DNA from: Raillietiella orientalis
Taxonomy: Eukaryota
Length of the DNA: 64,000 nucleotides
Assembly: GCA_036172245.1 (NCBI GenBank)
Contig: JAYWIR010000044.1
Coordinates: 1,612,001 to 1,676,000 of the forward strand
Direction: 5' to 3'
Part shown: positions 61,801 to 64,000 of the stretch, in pieces
Layout of the letters: each line of letters starts with the position of its first letter
Numbering within the stretch: the first letter of the stretch is position 1
The notes under the pieces: generated by a model
What the model was told of the DNA's origin: nothing
What the model saw: the letters and a program-made list of their open reading frames with translations, nothing else
The model's database searches: none
Position numbers and translations under genes: made by a program

Positions 61801-63371
61801 TCCTCAGAAAAGTCGCGAAGAGCTTGATACTGTCATCACAGAAGAACGAAAACACCCTCTAATAAAATACGAATTATTGTGTACGATAGCTTTTGAAGGA
61901 TTTTTTTTCGTATTCTTTTCCGTAGCTGGAAATGAAAATGCCGTCGGCGGTGGATTGCAGTTTTCTATGGAGATACCTCATTTTCATTGTTTTCTGGAGG
62001 TGAGTGGGCCACGCATCGAACCCCTTAACTTTTCCGTACGTGCCGAATGTACAAGTAGCTTCCGCATGCAAGGAGTGGTGTGAGCTTGCGAAAGCAAATT
62101 GCACTTCCAGCCTTTGTTCCTTCGCACCTGGTTCCCGTGCTCATTTCTTCGCCCCACGATAGGCTCTTCCCTGTTCGCAGTTGCCTGCTTTTGCCAGTGG
62201 TGCGTTCGCTGCGACGGTACAGGTGGTATACTCCTGCCTTGTTGCGCTTGCACACGTTATTCTCAAATCTGCCGTTATTCGACATGCTCCAGCGGGATGT
62301 TCACGTGTTAAAGGGAACCCTTTTCGCAACCTTCGGTGTCGGAAAATTCATTTCTCGCCTGCTGCTGCTTGTCTTTCGTCGCAATCTTCTTATGGACGTC
62401 TCCTATCTTGTTCAATGCTTTTTCCCAATCAGACTTGAAAGCTGTCATGGTTCGTCACCTCCAGTCAGCTCTCCGTTTTCTCGTATTGCATGTTATGTTG
62501 CAAACTCTTTGAGGTTTCTTTCTCACTTCGAGAGCATTCCGTTTACCATGTTGTGGGCGAGTTTTCTCACGAATGCGAATAATTTCTCCGCCTGCGTTCT
62601 GCCGAGAACGTCCTCCGATGTGGGAAAGTAAATTATCCGTTGGTTTCCGCGGCAAGACGAGAGAGATGCCAGCACTTGTTGCAAGGACCGCGTAGGAGAA
62701 GGAGGGGGGAGGAAATTCCATGTGCTGGAGGAAACCGCGAGTAAATCTGTATAAAACCCAGCGGAGCGTTGTGCTTTTCTCAATCTGTTGCAGCATTCTG
62801 CGTCTGTTTTAGCTCATATTTCGAGAGAAAGGATGCTGTCACTTCAATTCAACATCGTAAGCAGTAGTTAGTTTTTCAATGCATGTTTCGTGTAGGATTT
62901 CAGTTCTTGTTTCGCATGCAAGACGATTTCTGGACATTGTCTACTGAATCCTTTATTTACGGGTTAACAGAGCGTTGTGGTACGAATCGTTCGCCTGTTC
63001 GCTTGGAGGCTTTCTCAGTGATTTAGCTGCTGCTTGTATTCGCACGTCAATGACTTCGTGGTACTTTGAATTTTTCCCATGATTCGTTTCTTCCGTTGCA
63101 TTGCCGGTTTCTGAATTTCCGCTTCGAGAATTTCCAACAAGTGTATCATCTTGTGGTTGGTAACTTCTTTTCTTGATCTATTTTATTTGTTATGAAGGAT
63201 ATGCTGCTCTTGTTCTTTCCTCTGCTGTTCTGGATACATCTGGTTAAGTTTTGGTTTCATTGGATTATTGTCTGCGGTTCTGCACTCGTTGATCTTGATG
63301 TGGAATGAGATGGAAGACTTGCACTTGAAACTAACGTGTTCTGTGTCTGGAAAGAGTTTTCTATTTTTTCG
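55861..63371. repeat. Large inverted repeat, arms 55861-~59360 and ~59880-63371
   Basis: Mirror ORFs with constant coordinate sum 119232 (56436/62796, 57523/61709, 57149/62083); direct reading confirms reverse complementarity. Confidence 0.97.
59380..59871. repeat. Imperfect tandem duplication, period 249 bp, in the palindrome spacer
   Basis: TATTAGATCTGCCAGAAT...TTTTGCTGACTG at 59380-59623 and 59629-59871. Confidence 0.9.
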
Positions 63372-64000
63372 ATGGCTGGTACAGGAGTCATGCGCCTGTC
63401 AGTCGGTAATGCAGGTAGTTCTGTCGTTTGTGGTTTTTTTCTTCGCTCCCTATGGCTGGTGTGCTTGTATTACCAGATAGTGACTTTTGTGAAATTCTTA
63501 CATGTTGTTGGAGACTACTATTCATTTGCTTAATTGTTTGCAAATGTTCACTGCAGTTGTTTCCTTTTTATGTCGCTACTGTACTCATGTTTGGTAATGC
63601 AATGAGCACTCCGGAAGACATTACTTCTGTGGGGTTGAAAGTTTTCCCACACGTCATTGGTCTGCGTGCCCCTGTTGGTGGATGCCAATATACCTTCGAC
63701 AATAGGCATGCCACATGTGAATTGTCTATCAACAGTCGTTCGAATGATCTACGTGAAGGTCAGTGCTCTGCACAACTATATGTAAGTGTGTGTTTTCTTC
63801 GTTCGAAAATCATTGATAATTTTAGGTAAAAGGAAGTAGTCAACCCATGGGGGTTACTTTTTATTTGAACCCATTCAATGGTCAGTGCGACCTCGTTTAC
63901 CCTGGTTGGAAACAGAGGTATGACGTTCCAAATATTTATTTCACTGTAAATTTTGTTGTCTTTGATTAGCATCATGCAAAGCATGTTTTAATTGTGTTGT

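Noticed and set aside
63400..63760. Faint resemblance of a minus-strand frame to a tyrosine-recombinase box II
   Set aside because: The frame has several stops and lacks a proper HxxR...LGH...Y pattern.
54030..64000. Short ORFs in the AT-rich region as genes or a transposase
   Set aside because: None has a recognisable motif, and mirror conservation only reflects the palindrome. Spliced host genes cannot be excluded.

Overview
Eukaryotic DNA in two parts. (1) Positions 1 to ~54,030 are a GC-rich nest of about 25 nested, mostly broken non-LTR retrotransposons with L1/Tx1-like architecture: ORF1 with an RRM-like region and two CCHC knuckles; ORF2 with APE endonuclease, reverse transcriptase and a C-terminal CCHC/zf-RVT. 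They come from several divergent families (A-I are my own labels), and I recognise no host gene. The nesting is not random. Families sit repeatedly at the same homologous position inside conserved coding motifs of other LINEs: B in the APE GDFN codons with clear TSDs, F at the W|TRG codons before the zinc finger, D at RT DxxKAFD, and A at CGCC(GAA). All families end in a shared AATAAAC + CCCGG-loop-CCGGGT hairpin instead of poly(A), and they share a 5' motif. One unrelated, highly structured poly(A)-tailed insert with a 16-bp TSD lies at 2744-3851. (2) Positions ~54,030-64,000 are visibly more AT-rich with no recognisable gene, and hold a ~7.5-kb palindrome (55861-63371) with a tandem duplication in its spacer. 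All comparisons were made by eye; boundaries without a TSD or terminal motif are approximate.
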